From the NCBI GenBank assembly GCA_050294405.1, contig JBNKOC010000012.1, forward strand, positions 128,001 to 192,000: DNA of 64,000 nucleotides, in the 5' to 3' direction. The notes below the pieces were generated by a model. The model did no database searches. It saw only the letters and a list, made by a program, of their open reading frames with translations, and was not told where the DNA came from. Both the position numbers and the translations under genes were made by a program. Of the stretch, positions 19,443 through 28,131 are shown piece after piece (the stretch's first letter is position 1; each line of letters starts with the position of its first letter). The stretch is from Fibrobacteria bacterium. GTDB taxonomy: Bacteria; Fibrobacterota; Fibrobacteria; UBA11236; JADFYW01.

Positions 19443-20276
19443 TTAATATAATTTTTCCAGATTAATTTTTTGTTGTTTTCCGCGCTTAATTTGTAAATCT
19501 TGTCTTTTTTCTTCTAAAATCATGTTTTCCACCCAGGTAAAGTGGTATTTATGACTTTCAATTATTCTTTCTTGAAAATTTGCTAAATCGGCTTTCAAAT
19601 TTGAGCATTCTTCTTTGCTTAGTATACAACCTGTCTCTGTATAAAAAATTTGGTTTTTATTACTATCCAAATCAGAAAAGGCCCATTTATTTTCCAGCAG
19701 TTTGTGATTGTTTGTTTTAGCTTTTGTTAATAATTGAAAATGAATAATGGCTTGATCCCGCCAATTAAACACCTGAGTTACAGGTTCGTTTAAACTGATT
19801 ATGGAGACAACATTTTCAGATTTATCTTGTTTTGAGAAGGCGTCCCAAATACGTTTTAAATAAGTATACCCGGATTCAAAGCTAACAAAGGAAATTTTAT
19901 GACTGTAATTGGGAACAATCGAATCTAGCCGGGTAAAAAGGCAATACATAATATCTTCTGTAAAATTATCTAATCGGCCAGAACTTTTTCCGGTCCCGGG
20001 TTTGTCAAATTGAAGGGTGGAAAACCCCTCCTTTAAAAATTCAGTTTTCCAATACTCAAATAGAGGAGGGTTGGAAGAATTATGTCGGCCACTGCCATCC
20101 ATATATCCGCCTGCGGGAATGAAAAAGAATAATATGCAATTGCGCTTTTCGGGTATGTTTATATATACCCTTATGTTTTCTTCATAACAGGATACGGACT
20201 TTTCAATAACCGTATTCTTTGAGTATCCCCAGTTGCCCAAAAATAAAAAAAAATATATGAGGCATACTTTTAACAC
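19443..20276 (-). CDS. Exported alpha/beta-hydrolase-fold protein, nucleophile motif degenerate
   Basis: GFSTLQFDKPGTGKSSG motif; SFESG at the expected GxSxG position. Confidence 0.55.
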   Translation of the reverse strand: MLKVCLIYFFLFLGNWGYSKNTVIEKSVSCYEENIRVYINIPEKRNCILFFFIPAGGYMDGSGRHNSSNPPLFEYWKTEFLKEGFSTLQFDKPGTGKSSGRLDNFTEDIMYCLFTRLDSIVPNYSHKISFVSFESGYTYLKRIWDAFSKQDKSENVVSIISLNEPVTQVFNWRDQAIIHFQLLTKAKTNNHKLLENKWAFSDLDSNKNQIFYTETGCILSKEECSNLKADLANFQERIIESHKYHFTWVENMILEEKRQDLQIKRGKQQKINLEKLY

Positions 20277-21175
20277 GCTAGTACTTTTTGGGCCAGCTCC
20301 TTGAAGTCCATTGAAGCCGGGGATTGCGGGGATTGTAAAATAAGCGGGGTTCTTTTTTCTATGGATTCTAAAACATTTGTGTCATGTTGAATCTTTCCCA
20401 GGTAATTGACTTCCAGGGATAAATATTTTTTTGCGAGTTTAATAAAGGGTTCTACCACAACTTCATCGTCTTTGGAATGGCAGTTATTAAGAACTGCGTG
20501 TACCGTAAAAACTTCTAAATCTTTTCTGGCTTTATAAGTGTTTTCCGAATCCATTTTTTCCAATTCCTGCAATATTTCTTCAACTGTTTCGAAATTGGAT
20601 TTGTTAATATGGTTAAAGGCGCTTTCCAGAAAATTTAATATTTCTTTGTTTTTCTTAAATAGGCGGGATATGATTCGGAAAACCAGGCTTTTCAAAAACA
20701 AAAAGGAACTTTCCAATGTGGTGGAAAGGGGCTCCAGTATAACAAGGCCGGTGGTAGATAGCATAAACACATCTACTACTTCGGTATTTGATCCGGTGGG
20801 CAAGTCTAAAAAGAGTAAATCGCAATTTAAGGATTTTAACCCTCGAAATAAGCGCTGCTTTTGATTGTAGTTGGGCGTGGTAAGTCCCATAACTTCCGAG
20901 GCCCCGCTTATTAACAGAGCCTCTGTATGCGGGTTTGTTAAAAGTATGGAATGCAGGTTGGCGTATTTATCGTAGATAAAATCTTTAAGAGTTCGTCTGG
21001 GCATGGGAACCCCTAAAAAAGTATGCAAATTGGAAGAGCCCACATTGGTATCCACCATTGTCACAATTTTTTCAGATTGAGATAACGCCGTGGCCAGGTT
21101 AGCCACCACAAAGGATTTACCAACTCCGCCTTTCCCTCCACCTACGGCAATTATTTTTTTATTTCTAAAAACCAA
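20270..21175 (-). CDS. MinD/FlhG(FleN)-family ATPase
   Basis: Deviant Walker A GGGKGGVGKS, SSNLHTFLG, LFLDLPTG; C-terminal PQSPASMDF. Confidence 0.88.
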   Translation of the reverse strand: MVFRNKKIIAVGGGKGGVGKSFVVANLATALSQSEKIVTMVDTNVGSSNLHTFLGVPMPRRTLKDFIYDKYANLHSILLTNPHTEALLISGASEVMGLTTPNYNQKQRLFRGLKSLNCDLLFLDLPTGSNTEVVDVFMLSTTGLVILEPLSTTLESSFLFLKSLVFRIISRLFKKNKEILNFLESAFNHINKSNFETVEEILQELEKMDSENTYKARKDLEVFTVHAVLNNCHSKDDEVVVEPFIKLAKKYLSLEVNYLGKIQHDTNVLESIEKRTPLILQSPQSPASMDFKELAQKVLAC

Positions 21176-21185
21176 ATTTTACCTT

Positions 21186-22904
21186 TTAAAAAATTAAGCA
21201 GACCAAATGCCATCCATCTTCTTTGCCCTCGCAAGCAGAGTTGTTACAAACATGGAAACGTTCGCCTTTCAAAAAATAATCCAGTTCCCCGCAGCCAAGG
21301 CATTGGTACTCTCCGCTAAAGTCTATTATCTGTGAAACCTCGCCCACTGGAACATCTAAAAACTCTTCTTCATCGTCTAAAACGTCTTCCGCTTGTGGGG
21401 ATTCTTTCTGGGCAACTGCTGTGGAACTGGAAGGTTCAAGTTTTTCCTGGGATTTATTTGAGGGAGTTTTAGCTTGGGAAACAACATCCGCCCCTTCACC
21501 TTCTTCTTCAAACAACTCGGGGTCTACTTCCACAGAATCGAGACTTCCCAGTAAATCTTCATCCACTCCGGATTCGGCGGTATCGCCCATTAAGTTGTAA
21601 TAGGATTCTGTGGTGCGTACTTCTGAAGTTTCACTTTCTTCTGTGGCGGGCCCTTCAAATTTCTCTTCCTCAGTGTTACCCTGGTCTTCTCGTGTTGTTT
21701 CTTCGCTATTATTTTGGTTTAATGGGTCAGTTTGTTGTTCTTCCTCGTCCCCATCTAAATCATCCGCAGTTTCCGTTGCTTGATTTGATAAATCAGTTTT
21801 GTCTGGGTTCTCCTCAGCTAGGTTAGCACTTTCTAAGCTCCTATTTGCTTCAATTGAATCTTCTTCAACTTCTTCACTTTCCTCTTCGGAAAATAAATCT
21901 TCATCTACAGATACATCATCAAGCTCTTCGAGCATGTTAGAGGCCAGGTCTAAATCCCTGTCAGCGGAATCTCCCATGATGTTATAAAAGGAATCGCTGC
22001 TTCTTTCCTCGGATACTTCCAGATTTTCTTCCACCTCTTCCCGGTTTTCGACAGCTTCATGGGAAACACTTTCTTCAATAAGCTCCCCATCTTCTTTATT
22101 TAAAAAATCGAGTTTGTCACTAACATCGCTGTCTTTGTTCAGTTCTTCTAACTTGCGGATATCAATTTTTTCCGTAATAGAATTGGTCTTTTTTTCTTCC
22201 CCATCAGCTGCGGGTTCTTCACTCCCTAAATTTTCTTCTTGCGCAGATTTGTCTAAAGAGCCGTAGTTCTCCGGGGCAAGCTCCAATTCTTCTATTGGCT
22301 CGCTTTCAGTTTTGTTGTCTTCTTCTTGGGTAACTTGTCCTTCATCAAGCGCATCCAAATCCTCAAGCTCTGAAATTTCTTTTTCAATTTCTTCTAAGAC
22401 CGCATCGTCATTGGAATCAGGAAGCTCCTCATCAATGTCTTCGGATTGCCCTTCCTCTTCTATTTCATTTGCAATGGCCTTGGCTGGTTCTTCTTTTGCG
22501 TAGATATTTCCTGCCGCAGGACTTTCCTCAATGGTAATTTTTTCTCCCTCTTCATGGGAAAATACGCTGGCCGATTCGTTATTCCTTTTAAATTCCTCCA
22601 GGCTTTTATATACATCACATAAGCTGGTTAATCGGGTGGTTTTTAACATGGAGTGTTTGTCTTCATCCACTCCTGTTAAAATTAAAGATCCGGAAAGGGA
22701 TTTTAAATTGCGAATCCATTTAGTGAGCAAGTTGGTGTAACCCCGCTCAAAATCATTTACCTGACTGATATCCAGAATCAAGTGATCCTGCTGTTTTTTA
22801 AGACAACTGGCAAAAGATTTTTCAATAAAATCCAAAGCCTGGGCTTCATCCAGTTTAGGAGGCAGCTCTACTAAATGGTATTTTTGACTTTTCAATTCAG
22901 GCAT
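21186..22904 (-). CDS. STAS domain + long acidic disordered region + C-terminal Zn ribbon
   Basis: N-terminal ILDISQVND..SLILTGV (STAS-like); about 400 E/D-rich residues; GEYQCLGCG...CNNSAC; ATG 22904 preferred over 22943. Confidence 0.7.
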   Translation of the reverse strand: MPELKSQKYHLVELPPKLDEAQALDFIEKSFASCLKKQQDHLILDISQVNDFERGYTNLLTKWIRNLKSLSGSLILTGVDEDKHSMLKTTRLTSLCDVYKSLEEFKRNNESASVFSHEEGEKITIEESPAAGNIYAKEEPAKAIANEIEEEGQSEDIDEELPDSNDDAVLEEIEKEISELEDLDALDEGQVTQEEDNKTESEPIEELELAPENYGSLDKSAQEENLGSEEPAADGEEKKTNSITEKIDIRKLEELNKDSDVSDKLDFLNKEDGELIEESVSHEAVENREEVEENLEVSEERSSDSFYNIMGDSADRDLDLASNMLEELDDVSVDEDLFSEEESEEVEEDSIEANRSLESANLAEENPDKTDLSNQATETADDLDGDEEEQQTDPLNQNNSEETTREDQGNTEEEKFEGPATEESETSEVRTTESYYNLMGDTAESGVDEDLLGSLDSVEVDPELFEEEGEGADVVSQAKTPSNKSQEKLEPSSSTAVAQKESPQAEDVLDDEEEFLDVPVGEVSQIIDFSGEYQCLGCGELDYFLKGERFHVCNNSACEGKEDGWHLVCLIF

Positions 22905-23016
22905 GATAATGGGGTTTTTTAGGCCCCAATGCCATTGTATCACGCCAAAGCCAAAAAGTGCAATTTTTAATTTAAATTGATAAAATTTCGCAAAAAACTA
23001 GAATCCATTGGAATCC

Positions 23017-23047
23017 AAAAAAAAAGCTATCTGGAAGTCCAGATAGC
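23017..23047 (-). terminator. Intrinsic terminator after rpmB
   Basis: GCTATCTGG/CCAGATAGC 9-bp stem plus T9 on the minus strand. Confidence 0.8.
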
Positions 23048-23070
23048 CCAATTCTTAAAAAAAGCTTGGC

Positions 23071-23304
23071 TTATTTACCAGATTTCTTTGCAAGGCGGCT
23101 TAGTACAGCCTTAATACCAATTTTATTGATGGTGCGCATGCCGTGATTGGAAACCTTTAAAGTAACCCATTTGTTTTCGCCGGGAACCCAAAATTTCTTC
23201 TTATGAAGATTGGGTTTGGAAAACTTAATGCTATGGTTCATGGCATGAGAAACCTGTCGGCCTTTTAGCCTCTTTTTACCAGTTACATCGCAAACAACAC
23301 TCAT
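23071..23304 (-). CDS. rpmB: 50S ribosomal protein L28
   Basis: CDVTGK..G..VSHA...F.PNLHKKKFW...LKVS motif. Confidence 0.95.
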   Translation of the reverse strand: MSVVCDVTGKKRLKGRQVSHAMNHSIKFSKPNLHKKKFWVPGENKWVTLKVSNHGMRTINKIGIKAVLSRLAKKSGK

Positions 23305-23463
23305 ACAAAATCCTTGTTCAAATTCAGGGCGAAAAATATAATATCCCTGCTGGAATTTACCAAATTTAACAGCCCATTTATTGGGTCTGTGGAGGAAATA
23401 CCTTAAAGAAAGATAAAAAAAACTAAAAATTGCTAATTTTAGCCGGTTTTAGCGGGTGACCCC

Positions 23464-24534
23464 TTAACCTAAAAAAGAGTGAATGGCTTTTAAACAGGCC
23501 TTGGCACCAAAATCCACTGAAGCATAGGCTGGCTTTAAATTGAGGGCCCAGTCCAGGTACTTTGCTAAACTCAGTTTTTGAAAATCCTCTTCCACTAATT
23601 CCCGTGAAATTTTAAACGCGGATAAGTAGTCCTTAAGGGTTTCAAATTCGGCAAATCCGCTTCGGGAGCTGTAAACCAGCGGCGTTTTGTGGCAAAGCAC
23701 TTCGCCAATTAATCCATAACCTAATTTTCCCAGCACCATTTGGCAGCTAGATAAAAGTCCAGAGTAACTTAAGCTTTGGGGAATTTTAATAAAATGATAA
23801 TTTGCCGCTGGGTTTTCCATGGGGTACAGTCCTAAAAAAATCCAGTCCTGATACTCCTCTAAGCGTTTCCAGTTTTGTTTGCCAGCGCCTTGGTGGCCAA
23901 GATACATCAGAGCCCAATGTTTGTTTTCGGGAATCCCTAAGGCGGCGGCGTATTCCTCTTTGTTGCCTAATATTCCCTTTGCTAACAAGGGCATTGTTTG
24001 TCTGTTAAGAAGCCCCCGGCAAGCCATGTGGGGGGTAAGCAGCAAACTGGCATTGGCCTGGTTATAGTCTTCTTCCATTTGAGATAATAAAGGGGAATAT
24101 TGGGGGAAGTTTTTTAAATAAGGCTCGTATATATCGCACCAGGTAAAATTGGCCAGAGCAATAGATATTATTCCCAGGTTCCTTGCCGCCTGAAAGCATA
24201 AAGGGGGAATATCGCCAAGTACCAAATTTATTTTGTCTTCCTTTAAGAAGTTTTGTATTCGCTCTATTAAGGCGTTACGGTTTCCATTTATTTTTCCGTA
24301 TGTTATGAGGGAAAGTTCTTCTTCCACCGATTGGTTGTCTTTTTGGATGGCGCCGCAGTCCAATTCTATGTTCTGATATTCAAAGGGGCGTTTGATTTCC
24401 CTTTTAAAAAACGCCCCTTCCAACGAACTGTAAATTTTAACATTCCATTGCTTGGGCATGGCATTAATTAAAGTAGTGCTGCGCACCCCATGCCCATAGC
24501 CGTGACCGGAAATGAAATAAGCTATGTAACTCAC
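23464..24534 (-). CDS. GT-B glycosyltransferase-like protein
   Basis: YFISGHGYGH..R, GDIPPL, NFTW.DIY and GKLGYG motifs (resembles the GT-like domain of plant arabinokinase). Confidence 0.72.
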   Translation of the reverse strand: MSYIAYFISGHGYGHGVRSTTLINAMPKQWNVKIYSSLEGAFFKREIKRPFEYQNIELDCGAIQKDNQSVEEELSLITYGKINGNRNALIERIQNFLKEDKINLVLGDIPPLCFQAARNLGIISIALANFTWCDIYEPYLKNFPQYSPLLSQMEEDYNQANASLLLTPHMACRGLLNRQTMPLLAKGILGNKEEYAAALGIPENKHWALMYLGHQGAGKQNWKRLEEYQDWIFLGLYPMENPAANYHFIKIPQSLSYSGLLSSCQMVLGKLGYGLIGEVLCHKTPLVYSSRSGFAEFETLKDYLSAFKISRELVEEDFQKLSLAKYLDWALNLKPAYASVDFGAKACLKAIHSFLG

Positions 24535-24552
24535 AGAGAAATAAGGGGAACT

Positions 24553-25482
24553 CTAAGCTGAACGCAATTCTTTGGGAATGGGGAAGTGGACATTTTCTTC
24601 CATAATAACAAACTCCCTGGCATGGCTTCCAGGAAAATGGGACTTAATCCATTTAATAACATCTTGCACCAAATCTTCAGGGGCGGAGGCGCCTGAAGAA
24701 ATTCCAATAACGGAACAATTTTTAAACCACTCCGGATTAATATCCTGAGGCCCATCAATTAAATAAGAAGGTTTTTTGTTTTCGCTGCCAATTTCCCGTA
24801 GCCTGTTGGAGTTAGAGCTATTGGAAGAACCAATTACCAATATCATATCCACTTCGCCAATAAGTTCTCTGACCGCTTTTTGCCTGTTGGTTGTGGCGTA
24901 ACACAAATCTCCCTGATCCGGACCCAATATATGCGGATACCGCGATTTTAAAGCATCAATAATGTCTTTGGTTTCATCTATGGAAAGGGTGGTCTGGGTG
25001 GTGTAGGCCAGCTTTTCGGCATCAAGCTCAAGGCTATTGGCTTCTTTCACAGAGCCAACCAAAATAACCTTGCCCTTTGGCAATTGACCCATGGTACCTT
25101 CTACTTCGGGGTGGCCACGGTGGCCAATTAATATTACTCTAACGTCTTTTTTATCGTGATTGATAACAGCAGAATGGACTTTTTTAACTAGGGGGCAGGT
25201 GGCGTCAATGGCATTTAACCCTCTCTGGCTGGCTTCTGTCACCACGCGGGTGGGAACTCCATGAGCCGAAAAAATAACCACTGAACCATCTGGAACTTCT
25301 TCCAATTCTTCTACAAAAATAGCGCCCTTTTTCTTCAGGTTGGAAACCACTGCCTTGTTATGCACAATTTCGTGGCGAACATAAATGGGGCGGCCATATT
25401 TTGAAATGGCCTGTTCTACAATGCTAATAGCCCGGTCCACCCCGGCACAAAATCCCCGGGGTTTTGCTAACAAAATTTCCAT
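24553..25482 (-). CDS. ispH: 4-hydroxy-3-methylbut-2-enyl diphosphate reductase
   Basis: PRGFCAGVDRAI, IDATCPLV, GHRGHPEV, LCYAT.NRQ and SSNSNRL motifs. Confidence 0.97.
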   Translation of the reverse strand: MEILLAKPRGFCAGVDRAISIVEQAISKYGRPIYVRHEIVHNKAVVSNLKKKGAIFVEELEEVPDGSVVIFSAHGVPTRVVTEASQRGLNAIDATCPLVKKVHSAVINHDKKDVRVILIGHRGHPEVEGTMGQLPKGKVILVGSVKEANSLELDAEKLAYTTQTTLSIDETKDIIDALKSRYPHILGPDQGDLCYATTNRQKAVRELIGEVDMILVIGSSNSSNSNRLREIGSENKKPSYLIDGPQDINPEWFKNCSVIGISSGASAPEDLVQDVIKWIKSHFPGSHAREFVIMEENVHFPIPKELRSA

Positions 25483-25527
25483 TAAACCTATGTCCTGAAA
25501 TGGGATAAAGCCAACTATCTGCTAAAA

Positions 25528-26235
25528 TTAGCCCTTTTCTTTAGGGAGAATTTCCAGCAATTCCATTTCAAAAACCAAAGTAGAATTTGGGGGAACAGTG
25601 CGACCAGCGCCCCTTTCTCCGTAACCTAAATTGGGTGGAACCACAATTCTAAACTTGCTGCCCACCTTCATAAGTTGGAGGGCTTCTGTCCATCCGGGAA
25701 TAACTCCGGTTACTGGAAAGGTGGTGGGTTGGCCACGTTTGTAGGAACTGTCGAATTCTTTTCCGTCTAAAAAAGTGCCGGTGTAATGTACCTTAACCTG
25801 GTCTTCTAAGGTGGGCATGGCATCGCCAGTACCTTCTTGTAAAACTTCGTATTGCAGGCCAGATTCAGTGGTAATGACTCCTTCTTTCTTTTTATTTGCA
25901 GCCAGGTAATCATTGCTTTCTTTTTGGGCGGCGGCTTGTTTTTCTTGCTGGAGTTTTTGGAAATATTGTCTTTTGATTTCCAGAGCTTCTTCTGCAGTGA
26001 GCAAGGCGGCTACTCCATTAAGAGTGTCGTTAAGGCCTTTAACAAATGCATCCATATTGATTTCAGCTCCTAGTTTTTCAATGGAGCCCCCAATTTCAAG
26101 ACCTAAGGCATAGCTAAATTTTGTGGAATCATTGCTTAGATCCACAGGCTTGGCCGAAGATCCACCGGATTTTTCCTGTTGGCAGGCCATAAAACCCATG
26201 CTGAGAGTGATTAGGGAAATTGCTAAAATTTTCAT
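25528..26235 (-). CDS. fkpA: FKBP-type PPIase (FkpA/Mip), lipoprotein
   Basis: SYALG, TESGLQY, VHYTG..DGKEFDSS and VIPGWTEAL motifs. Confidence 0.92.
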   Translation of the reverse strand: MKILAISLITLSMGFMACQQEKSGGSSAKPVDLSNDSTKFSYALGLEIGGSIEKLGAEINMDAFVKGLNDTLNGVAALLTAEEALEIKRQYFQKLQQEKQAAAQKESNDYLAANKKKEGVITTESGLQYEVLQEGTGDAMPTLEDQVKVHYTGTFLDGKEFDSSYKRGQPTTFPVTGVIPGWTEALQLMKVGSKFRIVVPPNLGYGERGAGRTVPPNSTLVFEMELLEILPKEKG

Positions 26236-26296
26236 GAGTTTTTTCCTTCAATAAAATTCGTTTGATTTTGGAGAGAATTATAGAAAATTAATTTCT

Positions 26297-27559
26297 TTAG
26301 GCTTGTAATACTTTTGTATCGTCTTGGGGATTTTTGCCGTTGCCTTGTGAATTACTTTGCAACCCCAGTTTTTGAGCTAATTCTTTGCAGGATTGGTTAA
26401 ATTGTTCTTCCAATTTGGTCCTGGCTTTTTCAAATTGAGAGTAATTAGGCCATTTTTGATTTTGCACTATGTGTGCAAGTTGTGCGGGAAGAATACCTCC
26501 CTTGGCCAATCCAAAACCTTTTAAAAAGTCCACAGCTGTTTTTTGGGAAGAGTAGTTCGGTCCGCACAAACAAAACTTGTTTAAGCTAAAACTTTCCCAT
26601 AAAGTGTGTCCTCCTGTTTTGCAAAAACTGCCGCCAATAATGCTCAGCTCAAAACGTTCTGATAAAAAAGGAATTTTGCCCAATCTGTCTACCACTAACA
26701 TGGAATGGTTTGGTTTTTTGCTGTGGAGTTTAAATCCCAGAGAAGATAATTTTTTCAAAAATTGAGAGCTGGTATTTATGTATCTTGGAAAAATAATGAT
26801 GTTATAGATTTCCGCTAATTCTGCAATGGCAGGAAGACACAGCTTCAGCTCTTCAAGTCTCAGGGATACAAAAGCGATGCCAGAAATATTTTCAGTGTTT
26901 TGAACCGTTTGTTTTTTGAAATTTTGGGAGTTCTTTAAAAACCAAATTGTTTTATAATCCACAGCTTTGGAAATTTTTTCGGATGCTAGAGGTAAAGTAT
27001 CCGGGTTATTATGGGTTTGAGCCCATGTTATGGAGTCCAACATCTGTAGAAATGATTGCCGCCAAATAAAATACAGCTTTCGGGCCCGTGGAGTAAAACG
27101 CGCCGCCATCCAGAAAACAGGGGTGTTATTTTTTTTGCAGTACATTAATAGATTGGGCCAAAGCTCCATTTCGTAAATCGCAAGCTGATTTATGGGAAAA
27201 ACCTCAAACCATCTGTTCAAATGAGGCACAAAATCCAAGGGAGCGAGCTGTATGTGTATGTTTTGGCATTTTACAAGCAGCTCTTTTTGCTGTCTTAAAA
27301 AATCCACGGCTAAAATGTTGGTACAGCTGATTAATACATTGCATCGGCTCAAATTCAAAGAATGTAAGGCTCCTAACATTCCTTTTGCCTCACCGAGAGA
27401 GGCGCAATGAAACCAGGTCCAAAACATTTTACTGTACGGGTTGGGAGTAACTGGCTTTCGGGATTCCAGTTCTTTTTTTAGGCTTGGAGAAAAAAAACTT
27501 AAAATTTTTGCAAGAGCAAGACTTATACCCCAGAGGCTGTTGTATATTTTAAAAAACAT
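26297..27559 (-). CDS. waaA: Kdo transferase (divergent)
   Basis: WFHCASLGE, APLD, EMELWPNL and IIGGSF...GGH motifs. Confidence 0.82.
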   Translation of the reverse strand: MFFKIYNSLWGISLALAKILSFFSPSLKKELESRKPVTPNPYSKMFWTWFHCASLGEAKGMLGALHSLNLSRCNVLISCTNILAVDFLRQQKELLVKCQNIHIQLAPLDFVPHLNRWFEVFPINQLAIYEMELWPNLLMYCKKNNTPVFWMAARFTPRARKLYFIWRQSFLQMLDSITWAQTHNNPDTLPLASEKISKAVDYKTIWFLKNSQNFKKQTVQNTENISGIAFVSLRLEELKLCLPAIAELAEIYNIIIFPRYINTSSQFLKKLSSLGFKLHSKKPNHSMLVVDRLGKIPFLSERFELSIIGGSFCKTGGHTLWESFSLNKFCLCGPNYSSQKTAVDFLKGFGLAKGGILPAQLAHIVQNQKWPNYSQFEKARTKLEEQFNQSCKELAQKLGLQSNSQGNGKNPQDDTKVLQA

Positions 27560-28130
27560 CTTGCAAAAGTTTAAATACAGGAACGCTGCTGTAGGAGAGA
27601 GTTAGCCATAAAAAGTTTTTTTGTTGCTGGTTCCAAATTTGAGGCAAGGGTTTTATCTTTTCCCAGGATGTCTGGCCCAAAAAACCTAGGTTGGGAACCC
27701 AGCGTCTGGTTTTTTTAACATAGTCTAAATATTCACTGGGGTAATTTTGCTTTAATTCTTTTTCCTCCAAAAGAGCAATATAATGGTAAAAAAGAACTAC
27801 CAGAAAAACACTCAGAAGAGCTGTCCATACATAGGGATTAAAAAAAAGAACCCAACCCAGGGCGGCCAGAATATTGGATAAATACAAAGGGTGCCTGCAC
27901 ATGGCATATATTCCCTGGTGGCTTAAACCGCTGGATTGAATGGTTAAAGAATTAGGGTTCGATAATATCTGCCCAGCGGCCAAAAAGCGAATGGCAATGG
28001 ATAAGATTGCAAAAGCAATACCTCCGAAATTTACGGGAGTAGGGTTTTGGTAATTCAATGTAAACATTCCCAACATTATTCCAGGCATAAGCAAGCCCCG
28101 TTGGCGGAAAATAAATGGGGAAGGATTCAT
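27549..28130 (-). CDS. ICMT/PEMT-family membrane methyltransferase
   Basis: GIYAMCRHPLYLSN and EEKEL....Y..Y motifs; multi-TM; overlaps waaA start. Confidence 0.85.
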   Translation of the reverse strand: MNPSPFIFRQRGLLMPGIMLGMFTLNYQNPTPVNFGGIAFAILSIAIRFLAAGQILSNPNSLTIQSSGLSHQGIYAMCRHPLYLSNILAALGWVLFFNPYVWTALLSVFLVVLFYHYIALLEEKELKQNYPSEYLDYVKKTRRWVPNLGFLGQTSWEKIKPLPQIWNQQQKNFLWLTLSYSSVPVFKLLQDVF

Positions 28131-28131
28131 G

